Shown piece after piece: positions 11,168 to 22,116 of a DNA stretch of 64,000 nucleotides. Position numbers and translations under genes: made by a program. Source of the DNA: Neoconidiobolus thromboides FSU 785. Its lineage: Eukaryota > Fungi > Entomophthoromycota. The notes under the pieces were generated by a model. The model did not search any database. It was not told the origin of the DNA and saw only the letters and a program-made list of their open reading frames with translations. The first letter of the stretch is position 1. Each line of letters begins with the position of its first letter. The DNA is taken from NCBI GenBank assembly GCA_025603075.1, contig MU626340.1, forward strand, positions 24,963 through 88,962, given 5' to 3'.

Positions 11168-12857
11168 ATGGATATTGGTAAAAGTAATTTTGCGATACAT
11201 TATCCAGAGATTGAAAAGGCAATTAATACCTGCTCATTTATAAGTTTTGATGCTGAATTTTCGGGTAAGTTAGTTCAATAAATAAGATTAGATATAACCA
11301 TTTGATTTTTAGGACTTGATACTTATAATACACAAGAAGAGTTAAGTAGTGATGAAAATGAGTCAATTTATTATAATATGAAAAAAAGAATGGGAGATTA
11401 TAAGATAATTCAAATCGGATTGAGCGTTTTTCACCAAATTCCAGTAAAACCAATACAATATCAAGCTAAGGTTTACAATTTTTATATCTTTCCAGCGGTA
11501 ACAGACCAAAGAGAAGCTTCTTCAAAGTTTGTTTGTCACCCTTCAGCTATCAATTTTTTGTGCAACGAAGGCTTTGATTTCAATAAACTTTTTTATGATG
11601 GTATGATTATTGACTGTATTCAATTAATAGTTTGTTTTTTGACTTATTTTAAAAGGGATCCCTTATTTAACCACTGAAGAAGAAGCTAAGTATAAAGAAT
11701 CAAAGATGAGGATAATGGATAATAAGAGAGATTTAGCAGATATAGATGAAAGAGGCAAAGCATTTATGAAGAATAAAAAGTAATTAAATTACAACGTTTA
11801 TAAATTATTAATCATTCAGAGAGGAAATAGTGAAGTTTTTGGAAGGCAGTGAATTAGAACTACCAATTACATGTCCAAATAATTATTTTAGAATACTAAT
11901 TTATCAGAATATTTCAGCAGAGTAAGTCAATACATATTATATTATCTATATATTTATTTATTTTTAGATATAGTACAAGTTTAATGGCAAAAGGGACGGA
12001 TTCTGGAGTACTTATATCTAGATTTAATAAAAAAGAATACGATAGAAGTCAAAAAAAGAAACTAAATAAAATAGAGGTAAATATAAATAATTTGAAGATT
12101 AAGAGCATAACTTATTTCAATTGAAGAGAGAAATCAAAGAAAAAGTAGGGTTTAGAAAAGTAATTGATTGTATGATCAAGAGTAAAAAACCATTAATCGG
12201 ACACAACATGTTTTTGGATATTTGTCATCTTTTAAAGCAATTTGTTATTACACCTTTACCGGATTCCTATAAAGATTTTTTAACAGTATTAAGAGAGAAA
12301 TTCCCAGTGTAAATTTATTAAGTAAAATAATAACATTATTAATTTTTAGTATCTATGATACCAAATTTTTGTTCGATTCAGCCTTCAATTTAAATGTAAT
12401 TCAATTTTTATTATTTACAATCAACTTAATTTTGTTTTGTAGCATAACGAGACAAACGATTCTTCTTTACTTACAGTTAGAACAATTACTTCAAAAACTC
12501 CTTATCCCAAGGTCAAAATAAGTAAGTCAAATTGTATCAATTTAATTATTATTTTTAAAATAACTATTTTTAGAGTTTTATGAAGAACATAATAAATATT
12601 TAATGGGCGATGGATCACAACACCATGAAGCAGGTTATGATGCTTTTGTTACTGGGGAAGTATTTTTAACTATTCTAGCTAAAGCAGGTAATTATTTAAT
12701 GGATACTTTAAAATATTATTGTTCAATTTTAGTAGCTAACGAAAATAAAAAATACAAAAAATATGATTGGGATTATTTATATAAGAGTACAGCAAGTCAA
12801 GAAAATAAGAATAGATTACATATTTCTCGTGGTAGTAAAAGATTTATAGCCCTTTGA
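11168..12857 (+). CDS. PARN: Poly(A)-specific ribonuclease PARN-like (CAF1/DEDD family)
   Basis: Multi-exon; motifs ISFDAEFSG, IIQIGLSVF, FLCNEGFDFNK, IGHNMFLD, YDTKFL and HHEAGYDAFVTG. The 3' end is approximate. Confidence 0.85.
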
Positions 12858-13341
12858 ACACCAGTTTTGTTTTACCCTTCTTTAAGTTTATGGGATCCTT
12901 TTTTGCTTTTTTTTAACTATCTGTGACGTAATTTTTTTGAAATAAATTAGGTTAGAAAGATTCTTTTATGCATCAATGTTCATGTTTTGGGGTTTTATTA
13001 TAATATAATAAGATCAACATATAAATCAATACTTTTGTTTCCTCAACTCATAGTACTATTTATAAAAATATATCAAAGCAAGAAAAATATATTTTAAAAT
13101 AGTAACATTAAATGGTTTTGTTAATATCATTATACTATCTGTCAAGTCTATTTTTCCAAAAATGTATCGAATTTTAATGCTAGTTTAATTAAAATAACGA
13201 CCATTGCTCAAAATGTTCCAAGCCATTAAATTTCAAGGCTTTTAATGACAATGAATAGTTAGATTACGTCACTTAATGTAAAGCCTCGAAATTAATTTTG
13301 ATATAAATATACATCAAACTAATGATGGAAATGCTCAAAAA

Positions 13342-13743
13342 ATGATTAATATCTTAAAAATTAGTTTCGTTGCCTTTTTATTAGCCTCTCTTCACGCCAA
13401 TGATGAAAGTAAAATAAAATGTAATAGTATGTTTGGTAGAACTGCAAATGGTGATGGTACAAACACTTATAGCTTTTCATGTAGATGTACTGCCGATAGT
13501 AATAAAAGCACAGTACAAACTTATTGTGACTATAGGGGAAGTGAAATCAAATCTAACTGCTCTGGTAATCCTTTAAAATCCCCTGATAATGAATTAAGTT
13601 TACAAATCGCTAATTGTACAAATGGTATGGCCTTAGTTTCGCTCAAGTTTAAAGATGGTAGTTCAAAAACAGCTAATTTCCCTCTTTACTGTATTGGAGT
13701 AGGTATTGCTGGTTTAGATTGTAATGGTTCAGCAACTGTTTGA
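13342..13743 (+). CDS. Small secreted cysteine-rich protein, paralog A (8 Cys)
   Basis: Intronless 133-aa ORF with signal-peptide-like N-terminus and GRTANGDGTNTYSFSCRC motif shared with three neighbours. Confidence 0.85.
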   Translation: MINILKISFVAFLLASLHANDESKIKCNSMFGRTANGDGTNTYSFSCRCTADSNKSTVQTYCDYRGSEIKSNCSGNPLKSPDNELSLQIANCTNGMALVSLKFKDGSSKTANFPLYCIGVGIAGLDCNGSATV

Positions 13744-14044
13744 TTTATTAAATAAATTTAATCTAGAATTTTGTAACAAAATTATCACTCTTTTTGTTTT
13801 CTTAGTTCAGACATTACAAAAAATTAATCCCTAAATTAATAATTTGATATATTAATAATTTGATATACTAATAATTAGATATAAATATAACCTTGTTCTA
13901 AATATTACAATGTTTAATAGACATACCTATATATATTACTTTTAAGTAATACATTTGTAAATATACACTTCAATTTTATTAAAATTATTTCATTTATCAA
14001 CTTTTATTATTTGATGTAATTTTAGTAATAAAATTTTCATAAAT

Positions 14045-14143
14045 GGGGATGTATTTTTGTGTCTAAGAATTTTACTAACAAATTTTCCGTTTAAATAGCA
14101 CTTAAAAAATGGAAAAAAATAATGAAGTCAAAAAAATACTCCC
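14045..14143 (+). mobile_element. MITE copy 7 (AAAT direct flanks)
   Basis: AAAT-GGGGATG...TACTCCC-AAAT. Confidence 0.9.
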
Positions 14144-14489
14144 AAATATTATATCAAACTCATAACAAAGCTTACTATTTTATGGATGATGCTATTATAG
14201 ATCAACAAAATGGAAGTAATTATGAATATCAAGTTATTTATAATTCTGACGATAATTTTTAAGAGATGTAAAATACTATTAATAAATACACAATTAAAGA
14301 TGTTAGTTCTATTTAACTTAAATTAGTACCTAATAACCTTTTGTACTATGAAAACAGAAAATTAATCAACACAAATCAAATGTAAGATTCTTTTTTAAAG
14401 CTAAATATAGCTTTTTTATGCATTTTAATCTAAATTTAATTTTTTATAAATAATGCAAGAATTGCCATTAAAAATGGACAATTATCTAC

Positions 14490-14546
14490 TAGAATAATTA
14501 ATATTAGAAAAATCATTAGTTCAGTTAATAACTGAAGAGTATAAAA
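14490..14546 (+). promoter_or_regulatory. Putative core promoter of paralog B (TAGAATAATTA + TATAAAA)
   Basis: Same two motifs at near-identical spacing (50 vs 51 nt) upstream of paralog C. Confidence 0.5.
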
Positions 14547-14607
14547 GACCAAAAATATCTATTTTTCCTTTTATCAAATTTTAAATATCACATAAATCTT
14601 AATCGAA

Positions 14608-15030
14608 ATGAAAGCTACTTTATTATTATCTTTATTATCTCTAATCAGTGGTAGTCTTGCTGTATATGGCGAAAAACCAAAATGCAGTAAGCGTGAAATC
14701 AGATGTGAAACTGACTTTGGTAGATTAGCTAACGGTGATGGTACAAACACTTACTCTTTTGGATGTAAATGTAAAATCGAATATAATGGCGAGGCTGCTG
14801 AACCAATCTGTAAGATTACTGGTAAAAATATCACCAATCAATGTCAAACTGGTACCGCATTCCTTATCTCCAATAATGTAAGCTTCCAAGTTAATGAATG
14901 TAATCTTGGCAATGCCACCACTACTGTTACAATTAAAGATGCTGCCCCAAAGAAAGTATTTGTTACCCTTGATAAATGCACCCCTCAGGGTGTTGCTGGC
15001 TTAAATTGTGTTGGTACATCAAAATTTTAA
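14608..15030 (+). CDS. Small secreted cysteine-rich protein, paralog B (9 Cys)
   Basis: 140-aa intronless ORF; signal peptide; GRLANGDGTNTYSFGCKC; closely similar to paralog C. Confidence 0.88.
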   Translation: MKATLLLSLLSLISGSLAVYGEKPKCSKREIRCETDFGRLANGDGTNTYSFGCKCKIEYNGEAAEPICKITGKNITNQCQTGTAFLISNNVSFQVNECNLGNATTTVTIKDAAPKKVFVTLDKCTPQGVAGLNCVGTSKF

Positions 15031-15548
15031 ATAGTTTTTATTTGTTTTAGCATAATAATAAAATTAATATCACATGATATAATCTTTTTTTTGGACTTTT
15101 TATTTTAAAATTATTTATAAGAGTAATGATTTAATAGTGTATTCCTTTATGAGTTTATAAGTGCAATCAAGAGTAATTGTTTGCACAAACTATTGGGAAA
15201 AGGTTGTAGATTTTGAATCGAATGAAATATGTAAGTCTGTTGATATTTACCAAAACATTGTCCTCGGTTGTGCCTGTAACTTCATCTAAAAGCATTTTAT
15301 TTAAAATAAGTGTTATTTAAGTTGATTATCTATTACTATTTATTCAAGAAAAAAACTTGAATTTAAAAATGAGTTTACTTTAATATGAAAAGTAATTGAC
15401 CCATTAATTTACTTTTATTGTTGAAATAATTTACTTTTTAGTACATTAAAACATAGCAATCAACAGATTAAAAAGATTTAGTTTTAAATGAACTTTGATA
15501 TTTTTCCAAAGTTGTTTTTATATTAATAGCAAAAATAAAATAATATAT

Positions 15549-15645
15549 GGGGATGTATTTTTGTGTTTAACAATTCTACTAATAATTTTCCCACTTAAAT
15601 GTGCTTAAAAGATGGAAAAAATAATGAAGCCAAAAAAATATCCCC
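15549..15645 (+). mobile_element. MITE copy 8
   Basis: ATAT-GGGGATG...TATCCCC-ATAT. Confidence 0.85.
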
Positions 15646-15747
15646 ATATAATATAATGTTTGATAAATCTACAAATTATAGTAAGGAACACCTTTCGAAA
15701 GCCCTAACAAATGTTAAGGTTTTTTGGAAAAGCATAATCTAATATAT

Positions 15748-15844
15748 GGGAATGTGTTTTCTTATCTAAGAATTTCATTAACAATCTTTCCACTCAAATA
15801 GCACTTAAAAAATGTAAAGAAATGGAATTAAAAAAATACATCCC
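15748..15844 (+). mobile_element. MITE copy 9
   Basis: ATAT-GGGAATG...CATCCC; conserved core. Confidence 0.8.
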
Positions 15845-16737
15845 TGTATGTTTTTTCTGAAAATGGCTCTATAACTTCTAACTTTTAATGACATCTTAAT
15901 TAATACCAAAACATTAGTTTCCATATACTTTAAGCCTCAAGTTCTAAACTACTGTGAAATATCGCTTTGTCAGTCCTATGGTTAATTATAGCATAACAAT
16001 CGCCTAAGCTGTTGTGTTCTCGAGTTCAGAGAAAATCAATCCCATGTTCTTAGTTTGATTTGTTATGAGAACTTCTAGCTCCATCCCAAAGAATATTATC
16101 CTCTCATTTTGATATTTATACTTTTCAGAGTATAAAAGAGTTTACAGAGTATAGTAGTTCGAGGCTTTTTAACTGAATTATTCCCTGATATCTCGAACAT
16201 TTAATAAAGCCACTAGGTTTTCTTAATAGTATTTTACGTAGATTTCACATTAGTATTGTCTATTCTATTTGTCTTATATAGCTTGTAACCTATTACGTGC
16301 TATTCCTCATAATCCAAGCCTATCTTAGTCACATAAACTAAGACCTTTCGACTTATAGTGTAGTCAACCCAGCAATAGCTGTTCTTGACTCCAAACCCTG
16401 AGTATCAGATTTCACACTACTTAGTTAATGAATTAAGATTATATTAAACAAATGTTAATAAAGGTGTTATTGATTAATTAAGCATATAACCCAAACTGTC
16501 TTGTACTATTTTAAATTTAACTAAATAAAGTTCCAAATATTAAAAAAATTGTAAACATAATAAACAAACTAAAAATAAGTAAACCGTTATAAAAGCTTCA
16601 AATATTAGATATATACCAAAAAACATAACTAAATGAATTTTACTTGAATTTAAATGAAGCATTATTTAGGTATAAGTTGACTTTTAATATTTTATTAGTT
16701 ATAGTTGTTTTGCTATAATAAATATTTAAAAGTATAT

Positions 16738-16836
16738 GAGAGTGTTTTTTTTGACTTCATTATTTTTTCCATTTTCTAAGCGCCATTTAAGCGGAAATTT
16801 TGTTGGTAAAATTCTTAAACACAAAAATACATCCCC
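16738..16836 (-). mobile_element. MITE copy 10
   Basis: ATAT-GAGAGTG...CATCCCC-ATAT; near-identical to copies 6 and 12. Confidence 0.9.
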
Positions 16837-17437
16837 ATATGCTATGGATATTTTATTGCTTTATTTTCTAAGTGAATTTTACAAACATTTATTTAATAAA
16901 AGTTTAATTCATTAAATAAATAGTTTAAAACATAAGGTTTATTGTATATAAGCCAAATTAGACTAGTTAATTATACAAGTAGCAAGATTTAATTACACAT
17001 ATATTTGAAGATAATGACTTAACAACTAATTAAACCTTTTATCGTGTTTAGGTTGACAACACTGGCATAATATCAATAATTTACAGAATGTTGGTAATAT
17101 TTAATAGGTTTGTAGGGAAATATCACTTATTTTCATATCTTTCTCATTTTTATGCAATATAAAATCAAAAAATTATCAATCAATACTGAAGCAAAAGAAC
17201 ACTCTCGCATGGAACTCAAAATTTGATTATTCTCTTGTTCTAGTAATCTAATTTAATTAAAATAGAGGTTTTCAACTATCAAATATTGTTTAGTGAGTTT
17301 AAAATATCATTAATTATATATATACTATTATTTTTAGTATTTGATAATTTCATAGTTGTAATGATTTTTTCTTTATTTTTAAATAATACTTGTTTGAATA
17401 AATATTATATTTAGTTTTAATTATAAAAATAAGATAT

Positions 17438-17528
17438 AGGGATGTATTTTTGTGTTTAAGAGTTTTACTAACAAATTTTCCGCTCAAATAGCGCTTAAAA
17501 AATGGAAAAAATAATCAAAAACACTTCC
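17438..17528 (+). mobile_element. MITE copy 11
   Basis: ATAT-AGGGATG...CACTTCC; small internal deletion near the right end. Confidence 0.8.
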
Positions 17529-17899
17529 ATCTATTTTAATAGAAACTACTTTATTTAATATGCTAATTGTTGCAAAACTACCGTTCTACCGTTCACAAAA
17601 TTATTCTAAGTCTTTATTAAGTTTGAAATATTTTTATTAAGCTTGAGATATTTTTATCATTAATATGCATGGATATTGTTATATAATTAAACTATTTATA
17701 AGTTTGGTGGTAATATTGATTTATGCTTATAATACTGTTTTACATTTTGACGTTAATTAGGGGTATTTTTTCACTTAGCCTGAAATAGTGCTTAATTAGC
17801 TTATTATGTTATAAAAATAGCACAGACTTTATGCAAATAAAAAATAGAATTTGGAAAGAATAGATAAAGCAATTCTCTAGAAATAAATTATTTATGTAT

Positions 17900-17957
17900 T
17901 AGAATAATTATACTTCATGAGATCATTTAATTTAATAAGCAGTTGAAGGGTATAAAA
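17900..17957 (+). promoter_or_regulatory. Putative core promoter of paralog C (TAGAATAATTA + TATAAAA)
   Basis: Matches the motif pair and spacing upstream of paralog B. Confidence 0.5.
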
Positions 17958-18040
17958 TGTCAAAAATATCCATTTCATTTTTTTATCAAACATAAATACA
18001 TATCATCTCAAATTTACATAATATCTAAATATAAATCAAA

Positions 18041-18460
18041 ATGAAAGCTACTTTCGTATTATCTTTATTATCTATAATTGGTGGTAGTCTCGCTACCTAT
18101 GGTGGAAAAAAGTGTAATAACCATGAAATAAAATGTGAGTCCAACTTCGGTAGATCAGCTAATGGTGATGGTACAAACACATACTCTTTTGCATGTAAAT
18201 GTAAGATTCAATATGACAGTGATTCAGCAGAACCCTACTGTAAGAATGTTGGTCAAAACATCTCCAATAACTGCTCATCTGGGAAATCATTCCTCCCTGC
18301 AAGTAACTTAAGCTTCCAAATTAATGATTGTAATCTCAACAATGCCACTACTACGGTCGAAACTAATGGTGGTAATCCAAAAAAGGTCTTTATTTCCCTT
18401 AGTAAATGTACCCCTCAAGGTGTTGCCGGGTTAAATTGTGTTGGTTCATCTAAATTTTAG
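18041..18460 (+). CDS. Small secreted cysteine-rich protein, paralog C (9 Cys)
   Basis: 139-aa intronless ORF; signal peptide; GRSANGDGTNTYSFACKC; C-terminal KCTPQGVAGLNCVG identical to paralog B. Confidence 0.88.
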   Translation: MKATFVLSLLSIIGGSLATYGGKKCNNHEIKCESNFGRSANGDGTNTYSFACKCKIQYDSDSAEPYCKNVGQNISNNCSSGKSFLPASNLSFQINDCNLNNATTTVETNGGNPKKVFISLSKCTPQGVAGLNCVGSSKF

Positions 18461-19325
18461 ATATTGTTTGTATTTTTAGCATTGTAATAAATCGATATCT
18501 CATAACTTTAATTTACTTTCATTTCATAGAATTATTTTTGAAATTTAAATTCAAGGCTATTCGAGAGATAATATTACGTTTTTAAATTTTTCAAAGGGCA
18601 AAGTTTTCAATTTATTAATAGGATACTAGTTATTAATAAGGGACAAAGGACAAGGATCAATGATTCCCTGTCTCAATACACCTGAATAAGATCTAGATAT
18701 AGTTAAGATAAGTTATCAAGTTATGGAATCTTTCATTTGATGAAAAGAGAAAGTACTGAGGGATTTATGTTTCTACGGTAAATTCCAGTTTTGTGTGAGT
18801 TTTATAGCTTCTCTAAAGTTGGCAATACATATTAGATGTTTTTTAAATGTCAGGGACTCATAGCCTTCATAAGTCAATTCTCTTATACTTTGTTATTAGG
18901 TTCATAATTGTTTGCATTATTTTTCTAAAAAAGAAACGTCTTTAGTAAGTTTTTTAAATAAAGTTTAATGACTTATTAAATGTCTCATCACTACAATCTG
19001 AAAATTTCCTTAAAAATTTAACTCAAAAAATTTCAATACCTAAACTGTGAATTCAGCTTTGACAGAATAAAATAATTGAAATCCTCGGATATTATTGTTT
19101 TATAAAATAACAATAATTTTAACTTAATTTAGTTAACTATCATTATTTTAAAGTAGAAAAATTAAAAATAGAATAAAAATACGAAAAATAAATAAATAAA
19201 TAAATAAATACAATACAAAATTGAAAAGTAGTGAGTTTGTGATAAAATAGTAGCTGTGAAATTAGGAGATTTTTTAGAAGTGTATATAAACAAAACAAAA
19301 CAAACAAAACAAATAAAACAAAGCT

Positions 19326-19742
19326 ATGAATGGTTTGAAGCATATATTTTTATTTTCATTAGCAATAGGGATCTTTGGTCTAGATAATTGTCCTCAGCAA
19401 GATCCAATAAATACAAGCTGTCAAACATTATCAGGTAGAGTAGCAAATGGAGATGGTACAAACACTTACAGCTTTTCATGTAGTTGTATATCAAGTTACA
19501 GAAATGATACAGTTCAGAATACATGTGGACAAAGTGGCCCAAATATTCAATTCCAATGTTCAGGTTCACCAGTTATATCCTATAGTAGTACCTTTAGTTT
19601 AGAAATTGTTAACTGTGCAAATGATATTGTATCTACTACCTTTATGCTAAATGATAATACTAGTAGAAGCATCATGTCCCCATTTAATTGCGCTGCAGCC
19701 GGAACTTCTGCTTTGCAGTGTAATTCTACTTCTACTATTTAG
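19326..19742 (+). CDS. Small secreted cysteine-rich protein, paralog D (9 Cys)
   Basis: 138-aa intronless ORF; signal peptide; GRVANGDGTNTYSFSCSC; same Cys spacing as A-C. Confidence 0.85.
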   Translation: MNGLKHIFLFSLAIGIFGLDNCPQQDPINTSCQTLSGRVANGDGTNTYSFSCSCISSYRNDTVQNTCGQSGPNIQFQCSGSPVISYSSTFSLEIVNCANDIVSTTFMLNDNTSRSIMSPFNCAAAGTSALQCNSTSTI

Positions 19743-19897
19743 ATTTTACCATAGTTATTATCATTATTATAATAAAAGCATTATTTTTATATTCAAATCT
19801 AAACTTAAATTTACAATTGTTTTTTTTAGAATAGAATTGAATTTATATAGTAAAAGATTTATTTTATTATAAGTAAATAAGAATAAATTAATGTTAA

Positions 19898-21646
19898 CTA
19901 TTTTTTAGGAACATAATTAATAATTGCTACTTTACCCATAATAATATGAGGAGACATATGGCAATGCATAAACCAAGAACCTGGGTTATTAGCTTTAAAA
20001 CGAATGGCATACCAACCACATGGGAGATCATCTGGATTAAGTGAGTTATCATCCATGTGTTTTAAATTTGAAAACATATCTATATGATTATCAATAGGAG
20101 CCATTCTAGAATTAGTTTGATTTAAAGGTTGACCAATTTCTGGGATGTCAGTTATAAAGTGGGTATAGGTATCTCTTAATACTGGAGTATTTTTAGTAGT
20201 TGCTAAATAATCGTCGATTTTTGGACCATCAACTTTTGGATCATAAAATCCATTGCCATGTGCAACAACATAGAATGAATGACCATGTAAATGCCATGGA
20301 TGTGCTTCACATGGTAATCCAGGGGGCATTGTATGTTGGACAATAATTTGAACATTGTCGCCTTCATTGATTTCATAAATACCTTTAGTTAACTTATATT
20401 TCCCTGATTCCATATCGTCTACTAACACAGTATTTCTTTGTTGATTTTCGACATCATTTACAAACCATCTAGCTAAGTCATTTGGTTTTCTCAACGTCAC
20501 TATCAAGTTAAGCTCTTTATCAGCTTTCTTGGGCACTGGATAGTAATGAGTTGATAATCCTTTATTATACCATTGAGAAGTAAACAACTTAGATTCTATC
20601 CAATGCGAATATTCATATTTGAGTCCAGGAACTTGTTTGTCTGCACGTATCAATGAAGCAGTACTTTTTGCACCATCATAATGAAGGATTGATACGCCAT
20701 TTTTTGCTACTGGTTTACGTGCTTCAGGTCTTAATTCATCGCTTACTTGAGTATACATGTAATAGTTATCCACTTTTTGATCTGCTCTTAATAATACTGA
20801 ATAGCGTTGACCACTACTTAATTCTACTCTGTCAACATTAACTGGATCAACTAAAGTTCCTTCAGCTTCGATGACAGTTAAATTGTGGTTTTCAATATTA
20901 AAAGAGAATAATGAATATCCGTTTGCTGCAATCAATCTAATTCTGTAAGTTTTATTTGCCTTTATATTTGTTACACTAAAGCCATTATTAAATCTTTTTA
21001 AATCTTCAGCAGTACCACCATTAAGGTTATTATCCCATTTTCCATAAGTTCTACCATTAGTTAATATACTTTGCGATTGATTACTGAATCTAAATGGGGC
21101 GTTATTTAAGCCATACATTAATTCCTCGGTTGTTTTATGCCATCTTTCAGACAACATGATAGTTAATTCTTCATCATATTTATATGCTGGATTGAATTTT
21201 ACAATATCATCCCAAATTTCCTTTTTATCTTTAATAATCAATGCACCATAGATGTGTTCGGCATCCATATCAGTATGTGCATGATACCAGTATGTACCGC
21301 TTTGGTCATTGACATTAAATTTATACGTGTACTGTTGACCTGGCTGAATTGGATCCTGAGTTACCATTGGTACACCATCAGCTTTAACTGATCTTCTTTG
21401 TGTTATTCCGTGCCAGTGAATAGTTACATTTTTATGTAGCTGGTTGGTTATGAGGACTTGGATAGTATCACCGACTTCAGCTGTTATCTGTGGTCCTGGA
21501 AAACCACCGTTAATTAATACGCCATCAACCACATAATTATCGGGTGCTAACTTTGCTTCTGTAAGCGTCCATTTCTGTTCAACTAATTTACATAACAGAG
21601 TTGGAAATAAGCATAGAGCACTAATAGCGAACTTTTTAATGAACAT
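19898..21646 (-). CDS. Secreted multicopper oxidase (laccase/ascorbate-oxidase-like)
   Basis: 582-aa single ORF with signal peptide and all four Cu-binding signatures: HWHG, WYHAH, HPWHLHGH and WFMHCHMSPH. Confidence 0.95.
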   Translation of the reverse strand: MFIKKFAISALCLFPTLLCKLVEQKWTLTEAKLAPDNYVVDGVLINGGFPGPQITAEVGDTIQVLITNQLHKNVTIHWHGITQRRSVKADGVPMVTQDPIQPGQQYTYKFNVNDQSGTYWYHAHTDMDAEHIYGALIIKDKKEIWDDIVKFNPAYKYDEELTIMLSERWHKTTEELMYGLNNAPFRFSNQSQSILTNGRTYGKWDNNLNGGTAEDLKRFNNGFSVTNIKANKTYRIRLIAANGYSLFSFNIENHNLTVIEAEGTLVDPVNVDRVELSSGQRYSVLLRADQKVDNYYMYTQVSDELRPEARKPVAKNGVSILHYDGAKSTASLIRADKQVPGLKYEYSHWIESKLFTSQWYNKGLSTHYYPVPKKADKELNLIVTLRKPNDLARWFVNDVENQQRNTVLVDDMESGKYKLTKGIYEINEGDNVQIIVQHTMPPGLPCEAHPWHLHGHSFYVVAHGNGFYDPKVDGPKIDDYLATTKNTPVLRDTYTHFITDIPEIGQPLNQTNSRMAPIDNHIDMFSNLKHMDDNSLNPDDLPCGWYAIRFKANNPGSWFMHCHMSPHIIMGKVAIINYVPKK

Positions 21647-22116
21647 CTTCAGTTGACTATCTAATATAATCGTCGTCTAATTTTCTACCATTTCAATGAG
21701 TTATTTTATTCTTTATATAGTTTATTTTATCATCGTACTTGTAATATTTTATTTAAATTATGCTTCTTTTTTCTTGCTTTTCTATTTTGGTTTATCCGTA
21801 TACACTCAAACTAAGGAGAGCCAATATTTAATAATTTTATATAGTTATTAATTTAGTTTCAAAAATAACTCAGATATTATAATTATTAATTTACTTTATT
21901 AATATTTTATTAACGAAACAACTTATTACTTAAATAAAAGAACCACTGTTCTATTGATTTAGCCTTTTTATAGTCCCTATTATAGATCTTACCTAAAAAC
22001 TATCATTATTTAATTTATTTATTTAACCTATATCACAATGTTGCGTTAAGGCGCTCTTAGCTTTATGTGTTCTTTTTGAAAAAATGTTAAAGTTGCACTC
22101 TTTTAACTTATTATAT

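Noticed and set aside
15900-16420. Coding-like minus-strand fragments (ILWDGARSSH; GYKLYKTNR) suggestive of a transposase or LINE endonuclease
   Set aside because: Too fragmented by stops; the two family hints conflict and neither can be supported without a search.
19899-19936. Possible intron at ATGG|GTAAAG that would change the oxidase C-terminus
   Set aside because: It would be only ~38 nt (shorter than other introns here) and would not restore Met/Leu/Phe at the axial site; kept only as a caveat.
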